Positions 37,560 to 47,565 of a stretch of DNA of 48,698 nt are shown piece after piece. The stretch covers positions 1 through 48,698 of the IMG/VR virus record IMGVR_UViG_3300030331_006290, one strand, 5' to 3'. The notes under the pieces were generated by a model that had not been told where the DNA came from, searched no databases, and saw only the letters and a program-made list of their open reading frames with translations. Source of the stretch: a virus. Taxonomy: Duplodnaviria > Caudoviricetes. Positions within the stretch are counted from its first letter, which is position 1. Each line of letters starts with the position of its first letter. The translations under genes were made by a program, and so were the position numbers.

Positions 37560-38048
37560 ATGATTGTACAGTACTACAAACCTAATTCAAAAAATACTGG
37601 GTGTGCAGTTAGTTTTGATATCGGGCCAAATCAAAAAAATAAAGAGCCTTGTATTTTTATAAGAGCTATAAAACAATTTTCTTGGAATCAAGAAAGAAGA
37701 ACTGGTTCATTTTCTGAAAATTCAAAAAATCCAGATAAATCTATCTCATTAAAATTAAATGAGATAGAAGTTGGAGGTTTAATAAATGCAATAACTAATT
37801 ATTGTGAATTTTCAGCCTTTCACTCTTATCAGGATAATAAGACTGCTATATCCTTTAAACCTTACAGCAAAAAGGATGGCACAAAAGCTTTCTCTTTTTC
37901 AATAAATAGAAACTCAGCCAACAAATTTGGTATAGGAGTTGAAATGTCTGAAGCTTATTCTTTATTAGAGTTTCTAAAACTTTATTTGCAAGAGTTGTAT
38001 TTACATAGACTGCAAAAAGCAAAAGAAATCAGATCTAACAATAATTAA
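37560..38048 (+). CDS. Whirly/PC4-like ssDNA-binding protein (putative)
   Basis: Twofold beta-strands-then-helix pattern; LNEIEVGGLI, CEFSAFH, DGTKAFSFSI, IGVEMSEAYSL. Start reassigned to ATG 37560. Confidence 0.55.
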   Translation: MIVQYYKPNSKNTGCAVSFDIGPNQKNKEPCIFIRAIKQFSWNQERRTGSFSENSKNPDKSISLKLNEIEVGGLINAITNYCEFSAFHSYQDNKTAISFKPYSKKDGTKAFSFSINRNSANKFGIGVEMSEAYSLLEFLKLYLQELYLHRLQKAKEIRSNNN

Positions 38049-39937
38049 TGAGTAAAAAAACAATTTTAGTTCACTCTAATTTTTGTAGAGCTTTTACTGG
38101 GTTTGGTAAAAATAAAAAAAATATATTGAGGTATCTTTATAATACCAATAAATATAATATAATTGAACTTGCAAATGGTTTACAGTGGGATGACCCACAA
38201 ACGAAAACAGTTCCTTGGATTTGCAAAGGTTCTTCGCTTCCACCTAATAAAATACAAATATTAAGCCCAGATGAGCAAAGGCAAGAGGGATATGGGAGAA
38301 CATTAGTCGATAAAGCAGTTTCAGAGTTTAAACCTGATGTTTACATTGGTATAGAGGATATTTGGGCTTTTGGTGGCTACTCTAATAAACCTTGGTGGGA
38401 TAAAATAAATACAATGGTTTGGACTACCTTAGATAGTCTACCAATCTTACCTCAAGCTATTGATTTTGCTCCAAAAGTAAAAAATTATTATGTTTGGTCT
38501 AGTTTTGCAGAAAAAGAATTTAAAGAAAAAGGTTATGATCATGTAAAAACATTAAGAGGTTCTTTAGATACTAATAACTTTTACAGATTATCTGATGATA
38601 ATCGCAAATCCTTAAGAGATGCTCACAATTTGTCTGATGAATATATAGTAGGATTTGTCTTTAGAAATCAATTAAGAAAAAGTGTACCTAATTTATTAGA
38701 TGGCTTTAAATTATTTAAAAATACAGAGCCAAGGGCAAAATTACTATTGCATACTCATTGGTCTGAGGGTTGGGATATACCTAGGATGTTAGATGAAAAA
38801 AAAATTAATCCATCTGATATTTTAACTACTTATTCATGTAGTAAATGTAGATCTTACGAGGTTAAAAATTTTACTGGTCAAGAACTTGACTGTAAAAAAT
38901 GTGGCGCTAAAAAATCTTTAGTTACTACAAATGTAAATATGGGAGTTACAGAAAAGCAGCTTAATGAAGTTTATAATATAATGGATGTTTATTGTCATCC
39001 ATTTACAAGCGGAGGTCAAGAAATACCAGTGCAAGAAGCTAAATTAACAGAATTAATTACTTTAGTAACAAATTATTCTTGTGGTGAAGATAGCTGTTCA
39101 CATGAAAGTGGTGGCTTACCTTTATCTTGGAGTGAGTATAGAGAACCTGGAACTCAATTTATAAAAGCATCTACTTGTCCTAATAGTATATGTGAAAATC
39201 TTAAAAAGGTTCATTCAATGACGAACGTTGAAAAAGATAAGCTAGGTAAAAAATCTAGGCAATGGGTAATAGATAATTTTTCAATGGAGGTTATAGGTAA
39301 AAAACTAGAGAAGATAATCGACGAAATGCCGCCTGTTGATTATGATTTTAATTTAAAAAAATTATTTTTTAATCCTAATTACAATCCAAAACAAAATTAC
39401 CCATCTCCAAAAGAATTTCTAATTGATATATATAAAAACATCTTGAATGAGACTGTAGATGAAAATGATACAGGTTTTAAAAATTGGTTTGCTAAAGTAA
39501 AAGCTGGCGCTAATCCGCAAGAAATTGTTAATTTTTTTAAACAGACAGCGCAAGAACATATAAATAAAGCATCTATACCTGATTTAAAAGATATTCTTGA
39601 TGACGAAGGCAAAGACAAAAGAATAGGAGTCGTGATGCCAAAAAGTGAAATCGATGTGTTTTTTATAAACTGTTTGTTAGATAATTTAAAAAAATTATAC
39701 AAAAATCACAATATATATGTATTTACTGATCCTAAATACTATCCTTGTATAGATGATAATCCTCATGTACATAAGCTATTGCCTTATAGCCCCGTGTTAG
39801 AAGATTTTTTGATGATGGAGGGATGCTCTGACCATGATGGGTATTTTGATATATTATTCAATCCTAATTGCACAACTCAAAAGAATTTAGCATACTTGCA
39901 TAATGGAAATGATAAAATACAATTTTCTTTAAAATAA
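38048..39937 (+). CDS. Multidomain glycosyltransferase: GT4-like + zinc ribbon + DUF4214-like helical segment + GT9-like N-domain
   Basis: TGFG, RNQLRK, PFTSGGQEIPVQEA; CSKC-x14-CKKC; FLIDIYKNILNE..D..GFKNW; IDVFFINCLL..LKKLY...NPHVHK. Confidence 0.75.
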   Translation: MSKKTILVHSNFCRAFTGFGKNKKNILRYLYNTNKYNIIELANGLQWDDPQTKTVPWICKGSSLPPNKIQILSPDEQRQEGYGRTLVDKAVSEFKPDVYIGIEDIWAFGGYSNKPWWDKINTMVWTTLDSLPILPQAIDFAPKVKNYYVWSSFAEKEFKEKGYDHVKTLRGSLDTNNFYRLSDDNRKSLRDAHNLSDEYIVGFVFRNQLRKSVPNLLDGFKLFKNTEPRAKLLLHTHWSEGWDIPRMLDEKKINPSDILTTYSCSKCRSYEVKNFTGQELDCKKCGAKKSLVTTNVNMGVTEKQLNEVYNIMDVYCHPFTSGGQEIPVQEAKLTELITLVTNYSCGEDSCSHESGGLPLSWSEYREPGTQFIKASTCPNSICENLKKVHSMTNVEKDKLGKKSRQWVIDNFSMEVIGKKLEKIIDEMPPVDYDFNLKKLFFNPNYNPKQNYPSPKEFLIDIYKNILNETVDENDTGFKNWFAKVKAGANPQEIVNFFKQTAQEHINKASIPDLKDILDDEGKDKRIGVVMPKSEIDVFFINCLLDNLKKLYKNHNIYVFTDPKYYPCIDDNPHVHKLLPYSPVLEDFLMMEGCSDHDGYFDILFNPNCTTQKNLAYLHNGNDKIQFSLK

Positions 39938-41079
39938 TGCCACATTTGTTAAAAGAATATGCAAAAAATTTAGGCGTAAAAATATCTAAACCTGTTTTCA
40001 AGGAACATTTTTTTCCATTAGATTTTGATAAATACATCGTGTTATATAATGAACATAATGTTCAATCTAGAAATTATAAATATTTTAATATTGTACTAAA
40101 TATATTAAAACCATTTTTAAATAAAAATAACATAAAAATTGTTCAATTTGCTTCTGATAAACATATAGAGGGCGTTAATAAAACACTAAATTTGCCTTTA
40201 AAACAGCAATCCTATTTAATAGCAAAAAGTATGTTGTATGTCGGCTGTGATGGCATACTAAGTCAAATCGCAGATTTTAAAAAAATCCCATCAGTAAATT
40301 TATATGGAAATATATATTCAAATTTATGCAAACCTTTGATTGGTAATTCATCTAAAGTTATTAATATAGAGCCAGATTGGAATAAAAATCCCTCATTCTC
40401 ATTAGATGATCCAGCAGCACAAATTAACACAATTAAGCCAGAATTCATAGCTCAATCAATTTTAAATTTACTAAAATTAGAAGAAGCAAAAATAAATTTT
40501 AAAACTTTGCAAATAGGTTCTGCTTTTGGTGACCGAGCTATTGAAATAGTTCCAACCACGTTTCATAAAATACAAACTAGACCTAATGAAGCAGTATTTA
40601 TAAGAACAGATTATGGAATTAACGTAAAAGCTTTCAGCCAATATTGTCAAAATTATAAAGTTTCAATTTTTAGTGATAAACCTATAAATATTAGTCAAAT
40701 ACAGCCACATAAAAACAATATTGAAAATTTGTTTATATTCACAGATATAAATTCTAAATCTATTAGACAAGATTATTTTGATAGTCTTAATGAATTGAAT
40801 ATCAATTATACTTTATTAGTAAAAGACGAAAAACTTTTACCAAAAATAAGAAATAATTACTTTGATATAAATATTCGGACATATAATTCAAACAGCAAAA
40901 AGAAATGTGAAGTTGGCTCTAAATCCAGATTCTTCACAAAAAAAACAATTTTCAAAGATGGTAAATTTTACACTAGTCTAGCTCACTTAAAAAATAATCT
41001 TGACAATAATGATTTAGTGATCGATACTGATGATTTTTGGAAAGAATCACAACAATTTTTTATATATGAGCAAAGCTAA
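39937..41079 (+). CDS. GT9-like (heptosyltransferase C-domain) protein with unknown C-terminal half
   Basis: RNYKYF, IVQF, LIAKSMLYVGCDG..QIA...IPSVNLYG, INTIKPE. Confidence 0.6.
   Translation: MPHLLKEYAKNLGVKISKPVFKEHFFPLDFDKYIVLYNEHNVQSRNYKYFNIVLNILKPFLNKNNIKIVQFASDKHIEGVNKTLNLPLKQQSYLIAKSMLYVGCDGILSQIADFKKIPSVNLYGNIYSNLCKPLIGNSSKVINIEPDWNKNPSFSLDDPAAQINTIKPEFIAQSILNLLKLEEAKINFKTLQIGSAFGDRAIEIVPTTFHKIQTRPNEAVFIRTDYGINVKAFSQYCQNYKVSIFSDKPINISQIQPHKNNIENLFIFTDINSKSIRQDYFDSLNELNINYTLLVKDEKLLPKIRNNYFDINIRTYNSNSKKKCEVGSKSRFFTKKTIFKDGKFYTSLAHLKNNLDNNDLVIDTDDFWKESQQFFIYEQS
41000..41028 (+). promoter_or_regulatory. Sigma-70-like promoter
   Basis: TTGACA-17 nt-GATACT upstream of ATG 41066. Confidence 0.55.
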
Positions 41080-41827
41080 GAAAAAATACGGACCAGATAT
41101 TTATAAAAGAAATGAGCACGGTTTACTTGAAAATGTAAACTATACATTTAACGATGATGGCTCAGTTGATTGGCGAGCGATGGTAAAACCTGAATTTTTA
41201 TACCCAAATAAAGATTGGTTTGTTCGCCGCAATAAACCACTTCCAGATTCAATCGAAGGTCTAGAAGATAAACAACTTCTTATAATGCTTGGAGGAATCA
41301 AAGAGCTTGCTAAATTAAGAGGTTATACTTCTATTGATTTTGATGTTAAAAATGTAGCAGATAACTATGTAACTGCTAAGTGTACTATATCTTGGTCTAG
41401 CAACTATGAAACATCTAATAGTTCGATAGTAACATACACAGATTTTGCTAACGCGACAGAGGCAAACACTGATGATTTTTGTTTAAAATTTTTAGAGACA
41501 ATAGCCTGTAATAGGGCTTTTGTAAGATGCGTAAGAAACTATTTAAATGTGCATATTGTTGGTGCTGATGAGATAGATAAATCAAAACAGGCTGATAATT
41601 CTGTAACTATAGAGCATCATGATGTTCCAGCAATTACACCAAATGATCTTTTAGAAAAAATTTTAAAATCAAAGCATAATGTAAAATCTTACAATGATTT
41701 TAAAGATGTTTTGAGGAGTCTGTGGAAACAAGAAACATATCGCAACGAAGATGCTAAAAATTGGTCATCTTTCAACGATATATCAGCTAAAGATGCTAGA
41801 AAGTTGATAGCTGTCTTAAAAAAATAA
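41066..41827 (+). CDS. Putative Rad52/Sak-like single-strand annealing protein
   Basis: GGIKELAKLRG, VTAKCTI, ANAT..N, TIACNRAFVRCVRNYLNV..VGADEI; start reassigned to ATG 41066. Confidence 0.55.
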   Translation: MSKAKKKYGPDIYKRNEHGLLENVNYTFNDDGSVDWRAMVKPEFLYPNKDWFVRRNKPLPDSIEGLEDKQLLIMLGGIKELAKLRGYTSIDFDVKNVADNYVTAKCTISWSSNYETSNSSIVTYTDFANATEANTDDFCLKFLETIACNRAFVRCVRNYLNVHIVGADEIDKSKQADNSVTIEHHDVPAITPNDLLEKILKSKHNVKSYNDFKDVLRSLWKQETYRNEDAKNWSSFNDISAKDARKLIAVLKK

Positions 41828-42285
41828 TGATAGAAAGAATTACAGATCCAAAGAAATTTGAAAAAGTTGTAAATGACATACATGATCTTTTTGGGGAACA
41901 AGATAAAAACTCTTTCCATAAATTCTTGCCACACGATAAAGATTGTATTATAGCATGTTTTAGCAATAAGAAAATTTTACAATGGGATTTTTTTGTTTGG
42001 TCTAACTTGAATGAAGATGATAAATATGATGCTGTTATTGCTTTTATAAATAATAAAAATGAAAAGTTTGCTAAAAATATTTTTGCTGAATATATTTGGA
42101 TATCAGATAATCCAAAAGTAAGTTTTAAATTATTAGGTCAAGCAATGAAGTTTGCTAAAAAACAAAAGTTTGAATATGTCAGCATGTCTGCTGTCTGCGA
42201 GTCAGATAAGTTTGATAAAATATGTAATTTTTATAAAAGAATGGGTTTTGTAAAAGACTCAGAAACATACGTTGCCAAAATATGA
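41827..42285 (+). CDS. GNAT-fold protein
   Basis: EYIWIS...KLL..AMKFAK...FYKRMGF. Confidence 0.6.
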   Translation: MIERITDPKKFEKVVNDIHDLFGEQDKNSFHKFLPHDKDCIIACFSNKKILQWDFFVWSNLNEDDKYDAVIAFINNKNEKFAKNIFAEYIWISDNPKVSFKLLGQAMKFAKKQKFEYVSMSAVCESDKFDKICNFYKRMGFVKDSETYVAKI

Positions 42286-42452
42286 ATGGAAGAGTAGCTA
42301 AAAAACTTAGAAAAATTTGTCCTCCTATAAACGACTTTACTAGGAGAGTTTACAGAAATTTAAAATCTAAATATAAATCATTACCACATTATGCAAGGAA
42401 AGACTTCATCGAAGCCCTTGAACAAAAAACCATCGAAATGGGAAAAGAATAA
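42282..42452 (+). CDS. Small basic protein, 56 aa (absent from the ORF track)
   Basis: MNGRVAKKLRKICPPINDFTRRVYRNLKSKYKSLPHYARKDFIEALEQKTIEMGKE*; ATGA overlap with the upstream gene. Confidence 0.7.
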   Translation: MNGRVAKKLRKICPPINDFTRRVYRNLKSKYKSLPHYARKDFIEALEQKTIEMGKE

Positions 42453-42624
42453 GGTTGGGGTTTTTTGGACTAAAGAGCAACCAAACGGTAAAACTTTTCT
42501 ATCAGGAAATATAAACATTGATGGAAAGCTCCACAAAGTTTGTATTTTCAAAAATGACTTTAGTAATGGAAACACACCACATTTCCAAGCATTTAAAGTA
42601 GATGAAAATTTAAACGAAAAATGA
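42391..42624 (+). CDS. DUF736-like small beta protein
   Basis: VGVFWTKE..NGKTFLSGNI...IFKN...PHF; start may be TTG 42418. Confidence 0.55.
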   Translation: MQGKTSSKPLNKKPSKWEKNKVGVFWTKEQPNGKTFLSGNINIDGKLHKVCIFKNDFSNGNTPHFQAFKVDENLNEK

Positions 42625-43293
42625 TTTGTAATGTGGAACTCTAATTGATGGAACAACTAAAGGTTTTATTCCAGTTTGTTTATAACAATTTTGGCAAAAA
42701 CTGACATCCTCAAAAAATAAATCTTTTAAGTCAAATTTGCCATTTTTTCCATTATCACAATGTTTTATATGTACATGATTTAGTGGAAAATATGGATATT
42801 CCATTTGTTCAAATATAGATCTATGTATTTTAGTGAAGCCAAATCCACACCAATCCACTTGAACTAACTTGTTTGGCTCTTTTTTGCCAATTTTGTCGAG
42901 CCACTCTACTGAGATAAAAGGCATATGATGATGTTTTTTGAAAAAATCTTCATCCAAATTACCTACCATGGCATTGTCAGAATAATTTGATCTGTACCAA
43001 CCTGTAACAAATTTTTTACTTGGGTCGATTGATAATAAATGTTCAACCTGTTGTATACTAAAATTTACATCGCAATCTATCCAAAAAAGCCATTCTGCAT
43101 CTGGAGGTCTTGTATCTACAAAACCTTTACCTCCTGTAGCGAGATAATTACGGGCAAAGTTTAGAAACAATCTATGGCAAGTAAGTATGGCTGAGTTATT
43201 TCTATCGCACCAAGATTGCAATTTAAGATAATTTGGCACTAAATTACCTGTAATACCATTAGCTATAGGAGTTAAAAAAACACAATCAAGCAT
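42610..43293 (-). CDS. GT-A (GT2-like) glycosyltransferase
   Basis: ARNYL, WLFWIDCD, GFGFTKI, YPYF, EDVSFC, VPHYK. Confidence 0.75.
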   Translation of the reverse strand: MLDCVFLTPIANGITGNLVPNYLKLQSWCDRNNSAILTCHRLFLNFARNYLATGGKGFVDTRPPDAEWLFWIDCDVNFSIQQVEHLLSIDPSKKFVTGWYRSNYSDNAMVGNLDEDFFKKHHHMPFISVEWLDKIGKKEPNKLVQVDWCGFGFTKIHRSIFEQMEYPYFPLNHVHIKHCDNGKNGKFDLKDLFFEDVSFCQNCYKQTGIKPLVVPSIRVPHYKSFFV

Positions 43294-43332
43294 ATTTTAA
43301 ATATATTAAAATATACTTAAAATTCTAATTAA

Positions 43333-46300
43333 TTATTCCATGAGGTGCGCCTCTAAAGCTGGAGGAGTTGGATCTTTTACAATTTCTAACTTATCTATAT
43401 CTTTTCTCTCTCCGTATACGACATAAAAGTAATTAAGAGGCTCGCTAGTATTAGCGCCAACATAGACATCTCCATTATCTTCTATTCTATCAACATAAAT
43501 GCTTTGATTTGGTCCTATTGGAGTTACGTCAACTGTCATTGAATCAATATCAACTAATCCAGACCAATATTCTGGAGCCTGTATGCCGCTATTTTGTGTT
43601 TTACCTCTAAAGTAAACCCCATGTTCTGGACCCTCAAAACAACCATGAATTAATCGTTTTCCTGATTGCGTAGGGTGTTCAATATCAAAAGTTTTACTAC
43701 TAGCAGAAAAAGATCCATTTACAGTTAATTTATTACTAGGATCTTCAGTTCCAATTCCGACATTTCCTCCGTATGGTTGGAGTTCTAATGGATAGTTATT
43801 GACGTTAGGAGCAGATGTCATTCTTCTCTGTTGAATCTGTCCTTGACCACCACCTCTAACAGCAAATACCATTCCATAGTCTTCATCCTCGTTACTTATA
43901 ACTAAAGAGGAATCATCAAGTGTTGATGCATCTAAACTTGGACTCGTATCTTCAGCGCATATTTGGAGCCTCATTCCAGCATGGTCAGTGCTAAATGAAG
44001 TGGCAGCACCCATTCCAATTTTACCAATAGAATTAATGTGCATCCTCTCTGTTCCAGCAGTGGATGTAGAAACGTTAGTATGAGTAAAGAAAGATAATTT
44101 AGTCGCGCATGTTTGACTACTACTACCACCGCCGTAACTTACTACATTACTAGTCTCATTAGCCGTACCCATAAAAGCTATAAAATCATTGTGAGAGGTA
44201 TTGTAAGCACGAACAACTTGTCTGGCTATCTTTTGTGTGCTATTTGCGGTAGCATGGCCCATTCTTATGAACCCTACAACATCTAGAGCTTCGTCTGGAT
44301 TAGTTGTTCCTATACCTACTTTACCATCTCCATCAATCGTTAAATCTTTACGGTTATCTGTAAGGTTATTTATAGTAAAATTACCGTCTAAATGTCTAAT
44401 TTGGAAAGTGTCAACAGCATCTCTTCTTAATTCAAATCCGTGATTTGTGGAAGCTCCATCAGCGAGTATAAAGCCTTCATCCACATGAAATTTTTCTTGT
44501 GGAGTATTTGTTCCTATACCAACTTCACCATCAGCATCAATAACCATATAATTAGTAAATGCTGTACCATTGCTTCCTTGAAATTTAAATGTTCCGTTGG
44601 TGGTGTCTTCGCGAGAAATGAATTGCATTTCTCCGTTATTTTGATTAATGAATCCCTCTACGTTAGTACCATCAACTTCTAAATGCAAAGTAGCATTATT
44701 AGCAGAAGCAGATTTAGTGGATATCGTTAATTCTTGACTAGGACTCGTAGTTCCTATCCCTACTTTACCAGCTCTTGTTATACGCATGGACTCACTAAAG
44801 TCTCCTGCTCCATCCGTCCCTTGAGTATAAAATGCTAATCCTACAAAATCTGTATCTGTGTTTTCCGCTACTGCTGTTATCATAGCTCGACGGCGAGTTG
44901 ATCCACCCATCCAACTGATTCCACCGTAAGTTGCTTGATCAACTCCTCCATGACCATAAAGCACAATACTATCTTGCCCAGTGGCATTCATAGTCGCAGT
45001 GCCATCGCCATCTGAAGTTGTGTTGGTATTGTAAACGTGTAATGTGCCTATAGGATTAGTTGTTCCTATGCCTACATTACCAGAATCTTTAATTGTTAGA
45101 GCTGGCTCTGTTCCATCTACAGAGATAAACATATCTGTAGCGTTAGCGCCTACATTTTCAACTAAAATATGGGCATCGCCATCACCTGCTCTCAAATGTA
45201 TTTGAGCAACACCAGCAGAATTAGAGTTCTCTATTTGTAAACCGACAGTGGTGTTATTTATGACAGAAGTTCTTGCTGTGGCATCGCTATATTGAATATG
45301 AAGCGGGCCATCAGGATTACTTGTTCCTATACCAACATTACCTTCATCTAGAATAGTGACTCTTTCAATAAACTCACTATCAGCAGAGTGTTTCCGACCT
45401 ATATGTAATTTAGTATCGTTATTACCTACAAATTCACAAGCAAACCCCATAGGGTCATTATTGCCTCCAATCATTAAGTCACCATTGGTAGCGTCATTAG
45501 TTGCTATATGTAGCGTACCTAAAGGATTTGTAGTTTTTATACCTACATTACCAGCGGAGTTGATTCGCATTCTTTCGGTTTGATTAGTTTGAAAAACTAA
45601 GCTGCGTGAATTTTTCGCATTAAAGCCCCATGCTAAATTGCCGTCACTTGTCAAAATTTCAAGACCTCCGTTAATGTTGTTATTTCCAAAACCTGCAACT
45701 GTTTCTGCGTTTGTGTTACTTGTGCGACATTCAAATAAAAAGTCTGGATTAACTGTCCCTATACCTACATTGCCGCCATTAATGTAGCTGGCTCCATTAT
45801 TTAATAATTTTATATTACCTCCAACATTTAATGTTGCTGCTGATGATCCTGCATCACCTATGTGTAATTGAGGATTAGCACTTATATTTGGTTGCAGCTT
45901 GATCATGTCTGACGGATCAGTTGGCACACCTCCTTCAAATGTGCCAAAGAAAGTTGAAACCCCTTGGCAAAGCATATAGTTTGCAGCACCATTAACCTGA
46001 CCCCTGTATAATATAATAGGATTAATGTCTGTAGAGGCTGCATTTGGACGCAGTTGCAACATAGGTGCGCCAGCAGATTCTTGGACTTCAAGTTGAGTAA
46101 CGGGATTACTTGTTCCAATACCTACATCACCACCGTTAAAATAACTATCTCCAGCAGTGTTTAGTCTAATGTCTTCGTTAGCACTACTATCATATAAACT
46201 CAAGTAAGCATTTGATGACGAAGGTCTAACCTTAAATCTAAGATTACCTGCTTCTCTTAATTCTATACCATCTTCATTGCCATCACTTCCGACAGTTAGT

Positions 46301-47556
46301 TTTGTTTGTGGATTATTTGTTCCTATGCCAACATTACCATCAGATGCGATACGCATTCTTTCGGCAGTATTGTCTCCTATACTTGCAGTGCTGTTAGTTG
46401 AAAATACTAAACTACCTCTTGAAAATGATCCCTCAGTTAAAAAGCTTAATTTCGCACCTACCGCAGTAGCAGCAGTTGATTGTGCAAACCCTATAGAAAT
46501 TGCATCCCCAGCGGTGCTACTATCAAAATCTCTGAGCATTAAATGGAAGTCACCAACTTCTGGAGAACTATCGAAGTCATAAGCTGTATTTTCGATATGA
46601 AGTTTGCTAGCAGGACTAGTTGTTCCTATACCAACATTACCGTTAGTAGCATCTACAGTTAATACATCACCATTGACGCTATCTCCCAAACGCACATCAG
46701 AACCAAATCCATAAACCCTTACAGTTCTACCAGCAGTTGGCCCAACAGAAGGATGTCCACCAATATAAAATATATTATCTGTATGCCATCCTATACCCCC
46801 AACAATAGCTCCACCATTTCTAGTGAAATCAATTCTATTGTAGTCACTAGCGCCACCATGACCTACTCTAATGTTGCCACTTACATGTAATTTTTGATCA
46901 GGATCAGTTATCCCTATACCAACATTACCACCTTGTTCAAGGGTGATCTGGGGGTCAGGATCAGCCGTGCTTGGGTTTGAATATCCAATATTGAATTTAG
47001 CACTAGTATCAATGTATTGACTATAAGAGGCGTTACTATTTGCTCGACTTAATCGAATACCATCTGTATTATCATCTGTTCCCTGTGTTACATGTAATTT
47101 TGTTTGTGGATTAGTTGTTCCTATACCTACTAATGGACCATCATTAGTTCCATGTACGGTTAGTCCCACCTCTTCTGTACCTGCGGTAGCTTTAACGCCA
47201 AACCGCATATCAGTTCTAAATGAACTTGAGTTTGTTTTTACCCATATACTTCCTACTTCATTTGGTGAAGCTGAGTAATCTGTTTTAAATTGTATCCTAC
47301 CTATATCTGTATTAGTGGTTGGATCAGAACCTCCCCTGCTAATCTGCATTTCTGATATAGCATTTTCTTTATTTAGATGTAATTGATGAGCAGGAGTTGT
47401 TGTTCCTATACCTACATTAGTTCCCGTAAAAAATGTATTTCCCCCTGTGCCATGCAACCTTATTGAAGCTGTATTAACATTAGTTGCTGACCCACTAGGA
47501 TCATTATAGTTAAATTCTAAAATCCCTGATTCTGGGCTTGTAACAATATTAGGCAT
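43333..47556 (-). CDS. Tail fibre / receptor-binding protein with ~15 GNVGIGTxxP repeats
   Basis: Repeats separated by variable modules; C-terminal KTFDIEHP...HGCFEGPEHGVYFRG...PEYW...ERKD domain. Confidence 0.8.
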   Translation of the reverse strand: MPNIVTSPESGILEFNYNDPSGSATNVNTASIRLHGTGGNTFFTGTNVGIGTTTPAHQLHLNKENAISEMQISRGGSDPTTNTDIGRIQFKTDYSASPNEVGSIWVKTNSSSFRTDMRFGVKATAGTEEVGLTVHGTNDGPLVGIGTTNPQTKLHVTQGTDDNTDGIRLSRANSNASYSQYIDTSAKFNIGYSNPSTADPDPQITLEQGGNVGIGITDPDQKLHVSGNIRVGHGGASDYNRIDFTRNGGAIVGGIGWHTDNIFYIGGHPSVGPTAGRTVRVYGFGSDVRLGDSVNGDVLTVDATNGNVGIGTTSPASKLHIENTAYDFDSSPEVGDFHLMLRDFDSSTAGDAISIGFAQSTAATAVGAKLSFLTEGSFSRGSLVFSTNSTASIGDNTAERMRIASDGNVGIGTNNPQTKLTVGSDGNEDGIELREAGNLRFKVRPSSSNAYLSLYDSSANEDIRLNTAGDSYFNGGDVGIGTSNPVTQLEVQESAGAPMLQLRPNAASTDINPIILYRGQVNGAANYMLCQGVSTFFGTFEGGVPTDPSDMIKLQPNISANPQLHIGDAGSSAATLNVGGNIKLLNNGASYINGGNVGIGTVNPDFLFECRTSNTNAETVAGFGNNNINGGLEILTSDGNLAWGFNAKNSRSLVFQTNQTERMRINSAGNVGIKTTNPLGTLHIATNDATNGDLMIGGNNDPMGFACEFVGNNDTKLHIGRKHSADSEFIERVTILDEGNVGIGTSNPDGPLHIQYSDATARTSVINNTTVGLQIENSNSAGVAQIHLRAGDGDAHILVENVGANATDMFISVDGTEPALTIKDSGNVGIGTTNPIGTLHVYNTNTTSDGDGTATMNATGQDSIVLYGHGGVDQATYGGISWMGGSTRRRAMITAVAENTDTDFVGLAFYTQGTDGAGDFSESMRITRAGKVGIGTTSPSQELTISTKSASANNATLHLEVDGTNVEGFINQNNGEMQFISREDTTNGTFKFQGSNGTAFTNYMVIDADGEVGIGTNTPQEKFHVDEGFILADGASTNHGFELRRDAVDTFQIRHLDGNFTINNLTDNRKDLTIDGDGKVGIGTTNPDEALDVVGFIRMGHATANSTQKIARQVVRAYNTSHNDFIAFMGTANETSNVVSYGGGSSSQTCATKLSFFTHTNVSTSTAGTERMHINSIGKIGMGAATSFSTDHAGMRLQICAEDTSPSLDASTLDDSSLVISNEDEDYGMVFAVRGGGQGQIQQRRMTSAPNVNNYPLELQPYGGNVGIGTEDPSNKLTVNGSFSASSKTFDIEHPTQSGKRLIHGCFEGPEHGVYFRGKTQNSGIQAPEYWSGLVDIDSMTVDVTPIGPNQSIYVDRIEDNGDVYVGANTSEPLNYFYVVYGERKDIDKLEIVKDPTPPALEAHLME

Positions 47557-47565
47557 CTTACTTAA

